From positions 186,001-250,000 of the forward strand of contig RSEE01000067.1 in assembly GCA_003971905.1 (NCBI GenBank): a DNA stretch of 64,000 nucleotides, in the 5' to 3' direction. Position numbers and translations under genes: made by a program. The stretch comes from Moniliella sp. 'wahieum' (Eukaryota). Shown here in pieces: positions 36,191 to 49,449 of the stretch (position 1 is the first letter of the stretch; the number at the start of each line of letters is the position of its first letter). Below the pieces are notes generated by a model, which had not been told where the DNA came from, searched no databases, and saw only the letters and a program-made list of their open reading frames with translations.

Positions 36191-36575
36191 CTAGTTTTCC
36201 CTCCATTGATGTTCGCATTGGGTGCACTTGTAGAACGTGGTCACTGGTAGTTGCAGGTCAGTGGACCGCGCATCTTTCGCTTCAGTAAAGGGCTCACTTA
36301 CTTGGCTCATCAGCAGAGCGGATCTGGATCTGCATGTAGTACGCCACATCGTGTTCACACTTGGGGCAGATGACAACAGCTGTGTCGACGTTGGCCCAAG
36401 ACTCGGCGCCGCCCATTACATCGTCGACCTGTTTGCGCGGCAGGTAACGGCGGTGGATGAGAGGAGTGTCGATGGGGTACTCGTATGGACACGTAGCACA
36501 GGCCCACTTGTTCTCCATAGTGTCACCCTTGGCAACAGAGAGGGTGTTGGCACAGTTGGGGCAAAAGAGGAGCAT
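36191..36575 (-). CDS. RPC11: RNA polymerase III subunit C11
   Basis: MLLFCPNCAN..WACATCPY..CPKC..YYMQIQIRSADEP|MTTFYKCTQCEHQWREN*; intron 36244-36301. Confidence 0.95.
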
Positions 36576-36846
36576 GGTGGATGGATGAAGGAAGGTGAAG
36601 CAAGACGAGCTATCGACCAGGTCATCCCATTCGTACTTGGCTCGTCTGCGCATCGAAACAAGCGGGGGCATTTTTCAGGGCCGGGCGGAACGGCGGAACG
36701 ACAGCTGAAATGTTGCACGTGCCTGCTCCACACGTCCTCGCTCCCGAAGGGTAGGGTTCTGTCTGATTCAATTTCCATGGGCCTCCACGCAGCGGGGTGG
36801 TCTCAGTGCCGCTCCACCTCACTTCCTCCACCCCGCCTGCCCCCCA

Positions 36847-38399
36847 TGGCTGCTGCTGCTTCCGAGCCATGGCCCGCTGCTGAGGCGGTGGCCCACCTCC
36901 CTTTACTGTACTGGAGCGTCTGTTTGCGCATCTTCTTTCGGCTCCTCCTGCGCTCGCCCGCACTCTTGCTGCCCAGTGTGCTGCCGCCATTGCTGAGCTC
37001 GAACCACCCGCCGCCCGCGCAACTTTGATGACCTACTCCATGTGGCCCGCTACTGCGTCGACGACGATCCCGGTTGGGCGGTGGGAGAAACGGCAATTGA
37101 TTTATGCACAGCCTCGAATTGGGGCCAACGCAGACTCGGCCATATGTTCCGCCGCCACGGCCGCGCGGCTTGAAAGGCTCAACCAGCTCTATGAGCACCG
37201 CTATCCCGGCCAGGCATTTGTCACTGTCGTGCACACCCGCCCCCTTGCGGCTGTGGCAGACGAATTGCAGGATCATCTCGGTCCTGCAGCGGCGGTGGAG
37301 GCAGCCGCTTTCCCTCCCTCTTTGGTCCTCTCGGATGCATCCCCCGACTGGGCAGCCGAGCTAAAACGTAACCTTGAAGCTGTATGGAGTATTGCCATGC
37401 GCGTATACCCAGCTTATCCAATGGCAGTCCTTTGCCCTCCGCCGACACCCCGCCCAGTGTGGACCCAGACCTTGAGGAGGAACCATTCATCTCCCTTGCC
37501 ACTTTCCGCATGCTTGCCCTCTCCTCCCCCGTTCTCGAATCCTTCTTCGAGTCGGACCTGCAAGCCTCCTTTCTCCTCTCCCACCCGAGCGCAGCGAAAG
37601 CGGCGGTGCATTTTCTTGGCACGCTTCTCCTACCGGCGCACCAACGACTCCAATGCGTCTTACAGCAAGGACGTGACTCCCGGCGCGCGAGGCAAAGTCG
37701 TGGGCCTACTCGGTGGCTTTGGGGGAAGAAGGCAAGGCACGCATGGACCAGTTGGCCGATAGTGTGGGCCAAACATTGCAAACCCATACCGTTACCGGTC
37801 CCGTTCCTTCCTTTGGGCGGGACACGACATTGGATGGGACAGCAATGGACCAGGCTTCGCTCAAGGCAGCGGAGGATGCCGCCGCCAAGCCGAGGGCGAA
37901 ACCAAGGCGCCCGCTGTTTCCCTCGGCTCTCGCCTGGCAGGTATGGTCCGCTTGCCCACGGGTTTCCGGAGGAGGTGGGAATACAAGTGGGACCAGACTC
38001 TTGGGCATGCGGGTGTTCCTGCTCGTACTCTGGCGCATACCCTGTCCGCTCCCCGTCCGATCTCCTGCCCCGAAATCCTCTCATCTCCCTCCGCCTGCAC
38101 CTTCTGGGAGGAGGCAAGCTCGCCCCGTCTCGCTGCGGCCGGATGATATTGCGCTCCTGGGTCCCGAGGTGGCGGTGGAAGCATTGCGTGCAGCTGCAAC
38201 GCAGGAGCGCTCCCACTTTACGATTGATGAGGTGGACGCGGTGGGCGCGGGTGAAGAAGAGCCAGATGGCGGGGACGCAGGCGACGCAGGCGAGTGGGAT
38301 GACATGCCGGACGATAAGGCCGGAGTTGAACATGGCCGATTGGAGGGCCAGGCGGCTGAGCTAGCCAAAGATCTTCGCTCGGCCCCGGCAACGCGATGA
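36847..38399 (+). CDS. OHCU-decarboxylase-like protein with a long C-terminal extension (frameshifted)
   Basis: QLIYAQPRIG..LERLNQLYEHRYPGQAFVTVV..WAAELKRNLEAVWSIA, then FISLATFRMLALSSPVLESFFESDLQASF and an acidic tail. Confidence 0.65.
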
Positions 38400-39551
38400 A
38401 TGGATTTGCCCCTAAGTGCGTCGAGTTGGTTGCGTGTGGCCGGCCCGATCGTGGCTGCGCCGATGGGACCCAGAGGATATGCAAGTGCGTACGCCTCGGA
38501 GACAAGCGGAGGAGACGGACGAGGGCATCTAGCTGCGCGACCCTCCTCACAGACCCGTTCTATGTGACTGATAGCCCCACAGGGGAGAGGACACTCCGGG
38601 TGAGTGACCCCTAGGCCGGCGCATACAGCGGAAGTGGCAGCATGGGCATCCATACGAAGAGTGCATCGAGTGGGCTTCTCGTCCCACCCGCTTGGCCTAC
38701 ACCAGGCTGGGCCCCGTGCAAACAATATGAGCCAGGAGGAAAGGGGAAAAGCGTAGCTATCCAAGCAGGCATGGCGGCGCCTCCCTCGACGCCGGTAAGA
38801 TTAACGAGGCGAGGCAAGGCGGGGCGGGGCAGGCGGGGCGCCTGTTCGGAATTAATTGTATTCCGCCCTCGCCTCAGCCTCCACGCCAAAACTGAATGCT
38901 GGTGGGATGCGGAAGGCGGCCGCAGACTCGCGCGGCAGTCTTGCACTGGCTCTATCACCCAGCTGTCGCCGTCACTAGCGTCACTACTGCTGCCGATGCG
39001 CTGTCTCTCTTGCGCCAAACGTTCAGTCTGCCTGGCCCTGGAGTGGGGTGGGAAGGAAAAGGACACGAGACGAAGGCGTGGGTGAGGTGGAGGACGAGGG
39101 CGAGGGCGAAGGCGAGGGGGCGCGGGAACAAGAGGAGATGCATGGAGGCAAGCTGGCAGCAGGTGGCTGCGTGGCTGCGTGGCTGCGTGGCGGGCGGGCG
39201 GCCACGCTGGAGGGCTACCGCCACCGCCACCAACAGCAGGGTTACGCGTCGCGAGTGGGAGCGCACAGCTGGGCTGCAGCAGCAGGGCAGTGCTCGCCAC
39301 GCGCTCGTCGAATTACTGTCCCGGCGGGGCCATCGACGCGTCACACCGCCCGTCTGGCCGCGCGATAAGGCAGACCGCCCCCCTGCGGGCAGGCAAGCCT
39401 CAAAGCAAAATGAGTGCCACACTGGCGCTGTGCGGGAGTGTAGATCATTGATACGCTGGTAAACACTGGCTCTGTGCTCCTGGTGCAAATTTTCTCCTGG
39501 TCACGCGCAATCATCCGTCAAATCTCTGCTGACCGGTGAAGCGGCTGCGCG

Positions 39552-39558
39552 TATAAAA
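39552..39558 (+). promoter_or_regulatory. TATA box upstream of the TBP gene
   Basis: TATAAAA about 180 bp upstream of ATG 39733, in GC-rich context. Confidence 0.5.
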
Positions 39559-39732
39559 GCAACCCACTTCCGCTCGCTGCAAGCCCCATCCATCGGCTCG
39601 CCCCCCCCTCGCACCTGGGTGTTGAAATTGCAAGGCTTGCAGTGTGCTTGTGCCCTTGCCACGTGACCAGCTCCACCAGTTCAGCCTGTGCGTCAAGCAC
39701 CCTACGCCTCCCACCGCCACCCTCTGCCCACC

Positions 39733-40450
39733 ATGGCCAGCCTTGCCCTGCCGGGGCCACTGCACCTGCCCCGGCCCCGGCCCCGGCCAAGCAGCTTGTG
39801 CCCCCTACCCCTGCTGTCGTGGCCACCCCGGCCACGCCGGGCAGCCCAGCACGAGGTGTTGCCCACTTTGCAGTACGTCTGTCTCATCGTATCTTGAGCA
39901 CCCTAGCTCAACCGGTTCTTGCTGTGCAGAAACATTGTTGCAACGGTGAACCTCGAGGTGCGTTTGGACCTCAAGACGATTGCCCTTCGCGCCCGCAATG
40001 CCGAGTACAACCCCAAGCGTTTTGCTGCGGTTATGCGCATTCGGGAGCCACGGACGACGGCTTTGCTGTTTGCCTCGGGTAAGATGGTGGTGACGGGTGC
40101 CAAGTCGGAGGATGACAGCCGTCTGGCCAGCCGCAAGTATGCGCGCATTGTTCAAAAGCTTGGGTTTGAAGCCAAGTTCTCCGAGTTTAAGATCCAGAAC
40201 ATTGTGGGTTCATGCGATGTCGGCTTCCCCATTCGTCTGGAGGGTCTAGCGTACTCGCACGGCCCTTTCACCTACGAACCCGAGCTCTTCCCAGGTCTTA
40301 TTTACCGCATGGTGAAGCCCAAAGTGGTCCTTCTGTCTTTGTCTCGGGCAAGATTGTGCTCACAGGCGCTAAGCACCGCGATGAGATTTACGACGCGTTC
40401 CGGTTGATCAAGCCTGTGCTTGCCGAGTTCCAGGCCGCCCCAAGACCTGA
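39733..40450 (+). CDS. SPT15: TATA-box-binding protein (3' end approximate, frameshifted)
   Basis: [87 protein letters not shown]; intron 39873-39929. Confidence 0.97.
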
Positions 40451-41353
40451 TTTGATGGGCTTGTCATCCCAACTACCTCTTTTTCAAAAAGCAATACCCG
40501 CCCTGCGGCGCGATATTTCTGGTCGACACTTGCGACCTCTCTGTCCCTTGCTTACGGGGGGCAAGTAGCACAGGAGGGGACGACCGCACGTTCCATACCG
40601 TACCTCTCTTCCTTTCCAAGCATGTCGCAGCCCCCTTTCATGCCCCCCGTCACCCCTTTCAGCACTTCACTGTACAACATGTAAAACAGGTCAATCTCAT
40701 CCACATCAAAGTGATTCTCTATTGGGCCTTTTGTCGTTTTCTTGTGCTCTCTATACATAACCACGGCAGTCTTGGGAGAGAATCGTTTTCATGGAAGATA
40801 GGCAAATCAACTTCAGCTTATGAGCGCTGCACAACTTGGTGCTGCACGTATATTTGTTCAGTCAGTATAAACTTCTCACATGATCGAATGGCTGTGTTAA
40901 CGGTCCCCTCAGGGCGTCACACCCCGAGACTTCATCCTCTTCCTTGCCGTCATCATGTCGACCCTTATCAGGATCATGGTAGGCAGCTCATTACCAAAGA
41001 CTGAACTTCCCTATACGATTATCTGCACCGTGTGTCATATTGCCATTGGTGTCTTCCGCCGAAAATGTATGGTAAAGAAGAGCAAGGTCCCTAGCATGGT
41101 CAGCCATGGCCAGGACTAATCGGATTCTTCTTGGTGCAAGTCGGAAGCACCTCAAGTGCAGTGCATGACGTACGTCGGACCCGCGCTACTATACACAGCA
41201 GGTGGCGGGGATGGACCCGATGCTGAGGTGGCACACACGTCCTGCGGTCTGCTTGTCCAATGGGTTTGGTCTGTGGCCTTTGAGACAACCACTTTAGCTC
41301 AATGTTGAACGAACGATGCTCTGCTTCTGGCTCGCATGATCTTTACACTGCAA

Positions 41354-42200
41354 CCATATCATTGACAGATCGTAAGACTGTGGGACAAAGAAACGCTGCG
41401 CCTAAACTGATCCGTTCATCCACAGCGCGTGCTGCCTACAAACGCCAACCCCATTTATGGAACCAGGGGAATCGCCAGGATATCAGGACTCTCTGGTGCC
41501 CGCTATCCGTTCCAGTACCCGAGGAAAAGCGTGTGGATAAGGAACGTGATAGACATCCGAGCGGTGAACGATCTCCATTGGGTGTCAAGCAGTCAAATAT
41601 ACTTCCAATTCCCAAGCATCTTGTTCGCTGTCTTGGTGGTATAGTATCCTCCCGTCGTCGAAACCAAGGGGAAAACGGTTCTTGGGTGCGTCTCTGGTAG
41701 TTGGTGTAGTTCTTGTCGCATTCTGCTTGCTCCAGCACCCGAAGCAGCTCCTTCTCCTGGCGTTCCAAAGTCGTCGCGGTGCTCTCATGTACCACCTTCC
41801 GGTACACGGCCTGCGCCTCTTGCTTTCCCGTGTCGCATAGCGTGTGGTACACCTCCATTCCTGATCCTCCCATTGCTCCAGGCCCCATCACGCGGTAGTC
41901 AGCGCGCATTACCTTCCTCCTGCGCCTCGTCCCATCCTCTTCCTCCACAATGGGCGCATTGTGGACGTGAGTGTCGGGGATGGAGCGCACGAGCTGCAGA
42001 ATGGGCACCCGCACTTCCTTATGCAATGCAACGCACCAAACTTGGCCTGGGTGCGGGTGCAAGCCATGATGTGCTCAAGCAAGGACACGACGCCGCACTT
42101 GCACATACTGCGCGTGGAGCGGCATAGCGTGCGGAGATGGAGCAGGCACGGTGCGGATGGAAGGCAGGAGAGCCAAGTGTGGCATAGCGGGTTGCTGTGC
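41354..42200 (-). mobile_element. 5'-truncated, decayed RLE-type (CRE-like) non-LTR retrotransposon fragment (copy B)
   Basis: WLSCLP..HLRTL..CKCGVVSLLEHIMAC (CCHC knuckle), HKEVR, RADYRVMGPGAMGGS (RLE R(P/A)D motif), EPF.PLV.TTGG..W; homologous to 21225-21590. Confidence 0.7.
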
Positions 42201-42816
42201 TCGACCTATACGAGTAAAGTGGGTCGCGCATCCTCTCATCCGAAGAGGCGGGCTCATGAGCATGAAGAAATGATCGTCCTTGGCACCTTGGGGGTCCTAA
42301 ATTACAACAATCCGTGGAGCTCCGATAGCAGGAGTGAAGGGGTCAAACTCGTGACGCGTTTCGAAATAGTTGTTGGAAGTGGCTGAGACGCGGGGGATCC
42401 CCTCTCCCAACCTTCTGGACGGAAACGGACGCATCGGCTGCTCAAAAATGCTTCCGGAAGGGTACGAACTAAAACCTGAGCTCCGATAGAACTCGGTTTC
42501 CTTTCTTTATGCTATCCCTCCCACATCATGACGCTTCCGCATGAAGCCAAATAGGCCCCTAGGAAATCTTCCAACCGGATGGATGTCTCTCCATGCCCTT
42601 AAACATCGCTACAAGAGAGTGTGGTACCAAAGGCGTGTAGGCTCCCGCGCTAACGCGCTACGAGACCCAGCGCCCTGTCCCTCTCCCCTGGCGGTCCCGC
42701 CTCTTCTATTTCTCCCATCTTCGATTGTCCCACCACGCCAGCCAGGTGCATGCGCATGGATGCAGGTTGCATTGGAGTCGCAGACAAGCCACACAGGACG
42801 CTCCTTAGTCAGCGGC

Positions 42817-43319
42817 TTAGTGCTCCGCATGGAACTCAATGGGCTTGGCAGCCTCTTTGAGGTACTCCGAAATGGACAGGCCAGCATCGGTCGCGCCCTC
42901 CGTCTTGGGCGGCTCGGCGTGGTCGGGCTCAGCAGCAGCGTACGCGTCCAGCTCGCTTGCCAGCGCCGAGGACGACGGCGTCTCCGGCGCCGTAGGTGCC
43001 TTGGGCGCCGCAAATTCCCGAACGATCCCCACGTGCGCGTCGGGGGCCTGAAGGGATCAAGAGGTCAGTATACCGCAGCGAGGCGAAGCAAGCCACTGCA
43101 GACAAGGCCAGGCAGGGCACGGCGCGGCGCGGCGCGGCGCGGCAAGAAGAAAGAGGGGAAGACAGGCAAGAAAAAAAAACGCACCTTGGGAGCCGGCTTG
43201 AAGCTCTTGAGGTTGGTCAGGTAGAGGTCCTGGACAACGCGGCGGGGCGCCGAGGTGGCCAAGGTACGCGATCCCCGGACGGCAGGTGCGGCAGCACGGA
43301 CAAGCAGACGGGCAGACAT
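42817..43319 (-). CDS. ATP14: Mitochondrial ATP synthase subunit h
   Basis: Presequence plus VVQDLYLTNLKSFKPAPK|APDAHVGIVREFAAPKAPTAPE..LASELDAY; intron 43048-43184. Confidence 0.9.
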
Positions 43320-44079
43320 GGCGGCAACAAGACAGGTCGAGGAGCAGAACAGCAAGCAAGCAGCACACTCACTGGCTCTGCCAGCCCCATCCCAGCTACG
43401 CCAGCCGGCCCACGCCCACTCTCACTCGCCCACTCGCCCACTCGCCCACCCGCTTGCTTATTACCCAGCTCCCCCCGGCGCAGCCCGACTGCGCCCCATG
43501 CGCGGCTGCCCAGACGGGCGCTGCCAGCTGGCGCCCGGTCGCAGGGGGGCAGCCCCACCGTGCGTTACCTAACCCAGCGCAACCCTAGTGCTTCTGCGTG
43601 CAGCCCTAGTCGCATTAGTAGTCCGTGACTTGTGAGCGTGAGCGCTGTGCTGGGCCGGTGATCGATGATCCTGGCGTGGCCTGTGCACATATGCCCCACC
43701 CTCTCTTGCAACAAAAACGACACGGACACAAGCAGGTTGCTAACCACGGGTGCGCTCAGCACCGCTCCTCACGCCGGCTCCGCCCCAATGGGTTTCCCTC
43801 CCTTGGCCACAATGCCCTTTCATCGATCATCCGCTCTCCGTCGCCGCGTTGCAATGGCACTGTACCGTTTCCTCCCCCCTCTCTCGGGTCCCATGTCCCA
43901 TGTATTACCTGTGGTGCAACGGTTAGTGTAGTAGCGAGAGGGGTTAGCTAACAAATTCTACAGTATTCCCCTTTGGGAATGAGTTGGGGCGGTCCCCATC
44001 GCTCGGATTGACAAAACATACCCAATCCCCGGCTGTCGATAAAGAGAAAAGATCGAAGGCACACTAGAACACGGCGAAG

Positions 44080-44240
44080 GTGCTGCAGAAGACCAAAGAG
44101 CACAGGCAGTTGACGGTGTGTAGTTGTGCATTGCACAACAGAGGTTAGAGAAAATCTTGCCCTCCAGGAGGGAATGTCCGACGGAATGCGCCCAAGGGAA
44201 GAACCGGGGTTAGGCCACCGAGCGTGGCACCATCCATGTA
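44080..44240 (+). repeat. Diverged dispersed repeat, partner of 55945-56120; possibly the CCHC region of a non-LTR relic
   Basis: gaagaccaaagagcac..gcagttga..gcattgcac..acagagg..agagaa..tgccctccagga.ggaat..taggccac shared by both copies. Confidence 0.6.
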
Positions 44241-45089
44241 CTCGTTCGCGTTTGCCACACTGTGATGACACTAATGGGGGACGATTACGGGGTATACGCG
44301 ATGAACGGATACGAGAGACGGTTGAGAGTTTCTGCAATGAACATCCTGAAGTTGGGGAGAGATGTGAGTATGAGGAACGTCGCGCGCGTTAAGTGGCACA
44401 TCACAAGCTTCAAGGGACCTGTAAGTCTCATCACCATTGGCGTATGGTCTGGTGTGGTCTTGGGCGTTGCACCATGCGCCAGCCCCGTCGTCCATGTGTT
44501 CCGAAGGCCGAATGGAACAGGAACTTTCCATTCACCGCGGCGAAGGCAATTCCCCCTTTTGGCACGTACACAGATTTAGGTACGCAGCACAGCCGTTCAT
44601 TTGAAGTAGGGGAGGATACTGGGCTGTGTACACGGGTTGATGACGTTGCTGAAGCCCTGCTTCCACTCCCATCATGAATCATGAGAAGGCCAACTTGCCG
44701 GATTTTCAAAAACACGTAACTAGTCCCGGCCGGACGCTCCTCTGCAGAATCGGATTAGGATCTCAAGGATTAGTTTCGGGTGGAGAACCTCTGGAGCTGT
44801 AAAATGCAATGGGGGTGATGGTGGTTGCGATCTAAGCTTTGCCCATCCGGCTCCCTGCGCCAACAGCCTACGTACTACGGAGTGACCGGGACCACGGTGA
44901 GGTTCCAACATCCTCCAACTGAGAAGTGGGCATGATAGTAGGAGAGAAGTATCCCACGCATTCTACTGCGACCTTCACAATAGCTCATTAATAGCCATCA
45001 TGTAATAGTACTACTACCGACGGCAGTTATTAACCGGCAAAAAAGGGAGGGCAAAAAGAGAGTAGGGGTTTAAAGGGCGTTCTGACCTT

Positions 45090-47070
45090 TCTCTCGTAAC
45101 GCGTAACGCGTAACCATGTTAGCATCTGAGATCTGATGAAAGACTGGATGAACCTGCCAGTGCAGAAAGGAAATCGCCGGATGCACCTCACTACGGCCTC
45201 ACGCGCACGGAAGAGCTGGCCAGGGCTGACCGATAACATGTAGCACCCCATATGCAGGGCCTCAGTAGTACTTGATGCCAATAATTAATGAGGCCTGAGG
45301 GCCTGAGGAGACGTTAATGATGTTCCTTAGTATTGCGGGCGGGCAATATAATGATCGACAACAATTAGTAACCTAGTAACCAACTAGTAATGTAGCAGCG
45401 AGTGTGGCTCCAGTGGCTCCATCATATTGCGTGCAGCATATGCCGTGTGTGGAGCAGAATCCCTGTATAGTCACTAGTTACATGTCAAGCGTTGCGCTTT
45501 ACGCGCGTTACGCGTTACGCGTTATGGAGACAGCTGCATCACATATCGCGGTGGCGCCGTAGTGGTGTTAAATTGTTGGAGTGTGGTGGCATGTGGCACC
45601 ACTTGGTGTGATGGCTTGATGGGCCATATCACTGCCAAGCGGACCTGGCTATAGAGTTCCGCGACTCGCCCACTCCGGATTGGGTACCGTTCGCCCTCGT
45701 TCCCCTCCTTCCTCTTCTCCTGTTGCATGAAGGTTGGACTAGCGTCAGTACCGTCAGTAGCTTGCGCGAATCTGACTGTTCCAACCCTGCACAGTGCAAT
45801 CGTCCTTAGCTTGGTAGCGTAGCTACTTCTCAGTTAAACGTTAACGGACAACCGCGGTTCTGGGCTCTCCCTAGCACTTCCCTAGCACCGGTGAAACCGC
45901 GATTTATCGCGCTCACCCATTGATCGCCTACAGTCTAGTGCTTCGCCTAGCCCTCATTCTTTCATGGTAGCTACCGAGCATCTTGGCCGGCTTCAAGATT
46001 GAAGCGCTTCACGCTTCTCTTTGTCGGTATCTTTTTCTGCTTTTCTTTTCAAATGCGATCAGGAATGTTGAACGTTGAACATGGTGAAGTCGGGGGGAGC
46101 TGAGACGCTGAAGAGACAACTGACGTGGGGGAAGGAGATGGACGGGGAAGGAGCTTTTGGGCCAGCTCAATCGGCTGTGACATGTGTGACATGTGACTGA
46201 TCGCACAGGTGATATCTATACTGGACGAGACGTCCACACGGCCGATAACATGGGGACCGGTGAAATGGCATGTGCCCCAATCCACAGACTGGGGTTGACG
46301 CGTGACGTTGATGTTGTGCATGACGGCCTCGGCCAGCGATGTAATAGATCTGCAAGAAGTCCATTTCGGGGGCTCGATTTGTTGCTGGGCAGGAAACGCA
46401 GCGCGCGCGTTACCTTGAGCTATCGACTATCCTTCTACCCCTGGCCTTATTGTCCAGCAAAGCGCACTGGAACACTGTGCAGCCACCACACAGGCGCCCT
46501 GCCGCTGCGCGGCCGGATGCAGTAGGGTTGCTCAGTGATCGTCACCCCTGGCACGGGCGCAGTGCATGGGGGCTCCTCTTCAACACGGCTACTGCCCCAT
46601 CGATGATGCGTGGTGGCCATGACGTGCATGACTATGCGTGGGCGAGGGGAGGCAGACGCAGACAGCAGCGCCGCCGCCCCCACATGTGCCCGCATGGGCC
46701 CGCTCCCACTGAGTCCTGACGACGTACCGAAGAGAGGAGCAGCTCAGGCTGCGGAGCCGCTGAGGCGTGGAGCTTGAGGAGCACTCGGGAGCACCGCGCA
46801 CCTGAGCACTCGCTCGCACCCCGCCTTGGCCTGCCTTGGCGGCATGCGTTGTTGTCCCGCTGCCCCCGCCCACCCGCCATGCACCACTTGCCCCGTGCAG
46901 CCTGGCATGGGCGCTCAGCAAGGGTCCAGTGTGGGTGTCTTCGGCACCCTGCATGCGGCGCCCTGCCTCCTGGCGCAGCACCTGCCCCATCCCCGCCGCC
47001 CGCGCATGAGACAGGCGCCATGCTGGCGTGGCTGCCGCTGGATTCCTGGTTGATCGATGATCACATTGAC
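45090..47070. repeat. Cluster of TNA-[4-bp palindrome]-TNA heptamer arrays upstream of the sedolisin gene
   Basis: 45097-45113 TAA/CGCG; 45280-45300; 45471-45524; 45835; 46069; 46178; 46296; 47051. Confidence 0.85.
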
Positions 47071-47206
47071 CGATCACGACGATCGGTGACCAGGGCCGGT
47101 GATCGGCGTGCGGCATGCACACTGCCCCATTCAGCGGCGGCCGGCAGCCTTAAATAGGACAGGCCGCCGGCCACCGCCGCTGCTCGGCTTCGTCTCCTGC
47201 CGCCAC

Positions 47207-48918
47207 ATGCTCTTCCCCTCCCTGCCACGTCCGCCGTCCTCGGCGCCAGCTGGCCGCCGCGCGCGCGCGTCCACTACGCCCCGGCCAGCGCCTCGGTCAA
47301 GAAGATCCCCGCCGCCCGCGGCGAAGCACCCACCGAGCCCTACCGGCTGACGCTCCACCTTGCTTCAGACCGCATCGACGCGCTCGACGACAAGGTCACC
47401 CAGCTGGCTGCCGACCCGGAGGGCCAATGGCTCACCCCCGACGAGATCAAGGCGTACCTGTCCCCTCGTCCTGCCCATAAGGACGCTGTCACTGCCTGGC
47501 TCGCTGCCAACGACATCACAGATGTCGAGTGGAGTCCGTTGGGTGACCGAGTATCGTTCAACAGCAGTCACAAGGATGTGGCCACCAGGTTCCACGCCCC
47601 GCTCGGCCTCTACTCTCTGGCCGGAAACGTGCGCGTCTACCGCTCCGAGTCCTACACGGTCCCGGACGCGTTGGAGGATGCTGTGGAGAGCATCACGCCT
47701 CTCACCTCTTTCTTGGTTCCCGCCCCGCGCCACCGTCTTCGTCATCGCTACACTCCGGACGAGCTAGAGAGGGCAGAGGCTTCGGCCAAGAAGAACCCGC
47801 AGGATGCTCCGACACGTTTGTCACCCTGTCTTGCATCCGCAACCATTATGGTTCGGCCAACTTTAAGCCCGTTCCCAGCAACGAGACGGATCTGCTGATC
47901 ATTGGGTTTGGCTCGGATCAGCAATTCCTTCCCTCGGACCTGACTTCGTACTTGCAGCAGTACCGTCCCGACCAGGCCAACTATCAGGTTGCTACCTCCA
48001 CATGGGCATCGATTCGGCCACCGGCCCAACAAGTGGGGATGAGACCATGCTGGACCTGGAGTTGGCCGTAGGCATTGCCGCTCCTCTCAAGGTGGACTTT
48101 CTCTTGAGCGGGGTGACCGGTGACGATCTGTTCCTCAAGCCCCTGGAGAAGGTACTGGACAGCGGAGCGAAGCCGGGGGTGATTAGTGTTTCCTACGGCC
48201 CGGCCGAGTCCGACTTGACCAAGGATGATGCGCGGCGGTGGTACAAGACAGCGTTGGCACTGGCGGCACAAGGCACCACGACCGTCTTTGCCAGTGGAGA
48301 TTCCGGTGTGGACGAAACAAACGAGAGCTGCAAGAATGGTATCAAGCCTCCCTGGCCTACCTCTTCTTCCATCCTTGTCGTCGGCAGCACCACTGGCACC
48401 AACCCCGAACACGCCACCAACCCGCTCACCGCGCCCGAAGAGAACATTGCTGTCTGGTCCGGTGCGGGCTGGAGCAACCTCAACGAGGTACCCAGCTGGC
48501 AAGCCAACATCTCTTCTGCCTACTTGAACGCTCTCCGCACAACCTGACCAAGTATGTCAATCAAAGCGGACGCGGGATCACCGACGTCTCTGCCTTTGGC
48601 GAGGCGATTGCTGTGGTGGTGAACAACGCCACCGAGACGGTTGCTGGTACCTCGGCCTCGGCGCCCATCTGGGCCGCGCATCTGGCGCTGGTCAACTCGG
48701 CTCTACGCCAAAAGGGACGCAAGACGGTTGGCTTTGTTCACCCTCGCCTCTACCGCGATGGCCAGCAGCAAGGCGCGGTTCGGGATATCGTCCAGGGCAC
48801 CACCTGTGGCTGCCCGGACCTGAACCTGTGCTTCCCTTCCGGAAAAGGGTGGGACCCCGCGACAGGTTTGGGCGTGCCCGACTTCAAGGGTATGCTTGCC
48901 TTTTGGGGCGCGGCTTGA
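47207..48918 (+). CDS. Secreted S53 sedolisin / tripeptidyl-peptidase with pro-domain (frameshifted)
   Basis: Signal-like start; pro-domain WLTPDEIKAYLSP; catalytic ETMLD, SGDSG, GTSASAP; Ca-binding GWDPATGLGVP. Confidence 0.9.
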
Positions 48919-49449
48919 GCGGGCCAAAGCGGGTAGGTGAAGAAGCATGAAAGGGGAATAGGGAGATCGGTCTCTAATCTATCCATCATCCGTCGCCTTG
49001 ACCGTGGGTGGGCAGCTTGCTAGACTTTCCACGCCGTTTCTGGCCACTACCCAACTTCTATTATTCTCCCCCGAGCTTCGTTCTCTCCTTCACATGGACA
49101 GTCGTATTTGTACTTTTGTGGGTGCATGAATATGCTCTGCAGGGTTGAACGTTGATTATGTTTGGTATCGTATGATTACTGCTCGTACAACTCTCTCTGG
49201 GAGACCGAATGTACACCCCGTCGGTCTATACTGTGCTCCGGCCATCCCTGGCACACAACCAAAATAATAGAGGATACCAACGAAAGAGATTATGATTGGT
49301 TGGGTTGGCCAATTCGTGTGAGGTATGTGCAGGACTGAGAGAATGGTGGTAGTGAAGTGTGAAACCCGTGTATGCAAGTGACCCAAGAAGAATTGGTGAG
49401 ACCACGCCAGTGTATACCCATAGCAAAGTGCCGTATGCGACGGCGTCCA

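Noticed and set aside
38400..39490. Minus-strand ORFs between the OHCU-like gene and TBP
   Set aside because: GC-rich low-complexity translations with no recognisable motif. A gene is possible but unsupported.
41436..42062. 208-aa ORF as a host hypothetical gene
   Set aside because: Better explained as an out-of-frame mosaic of a decayed RLE retrotransposon with paralogous relics at 20.3k and 21.2k.
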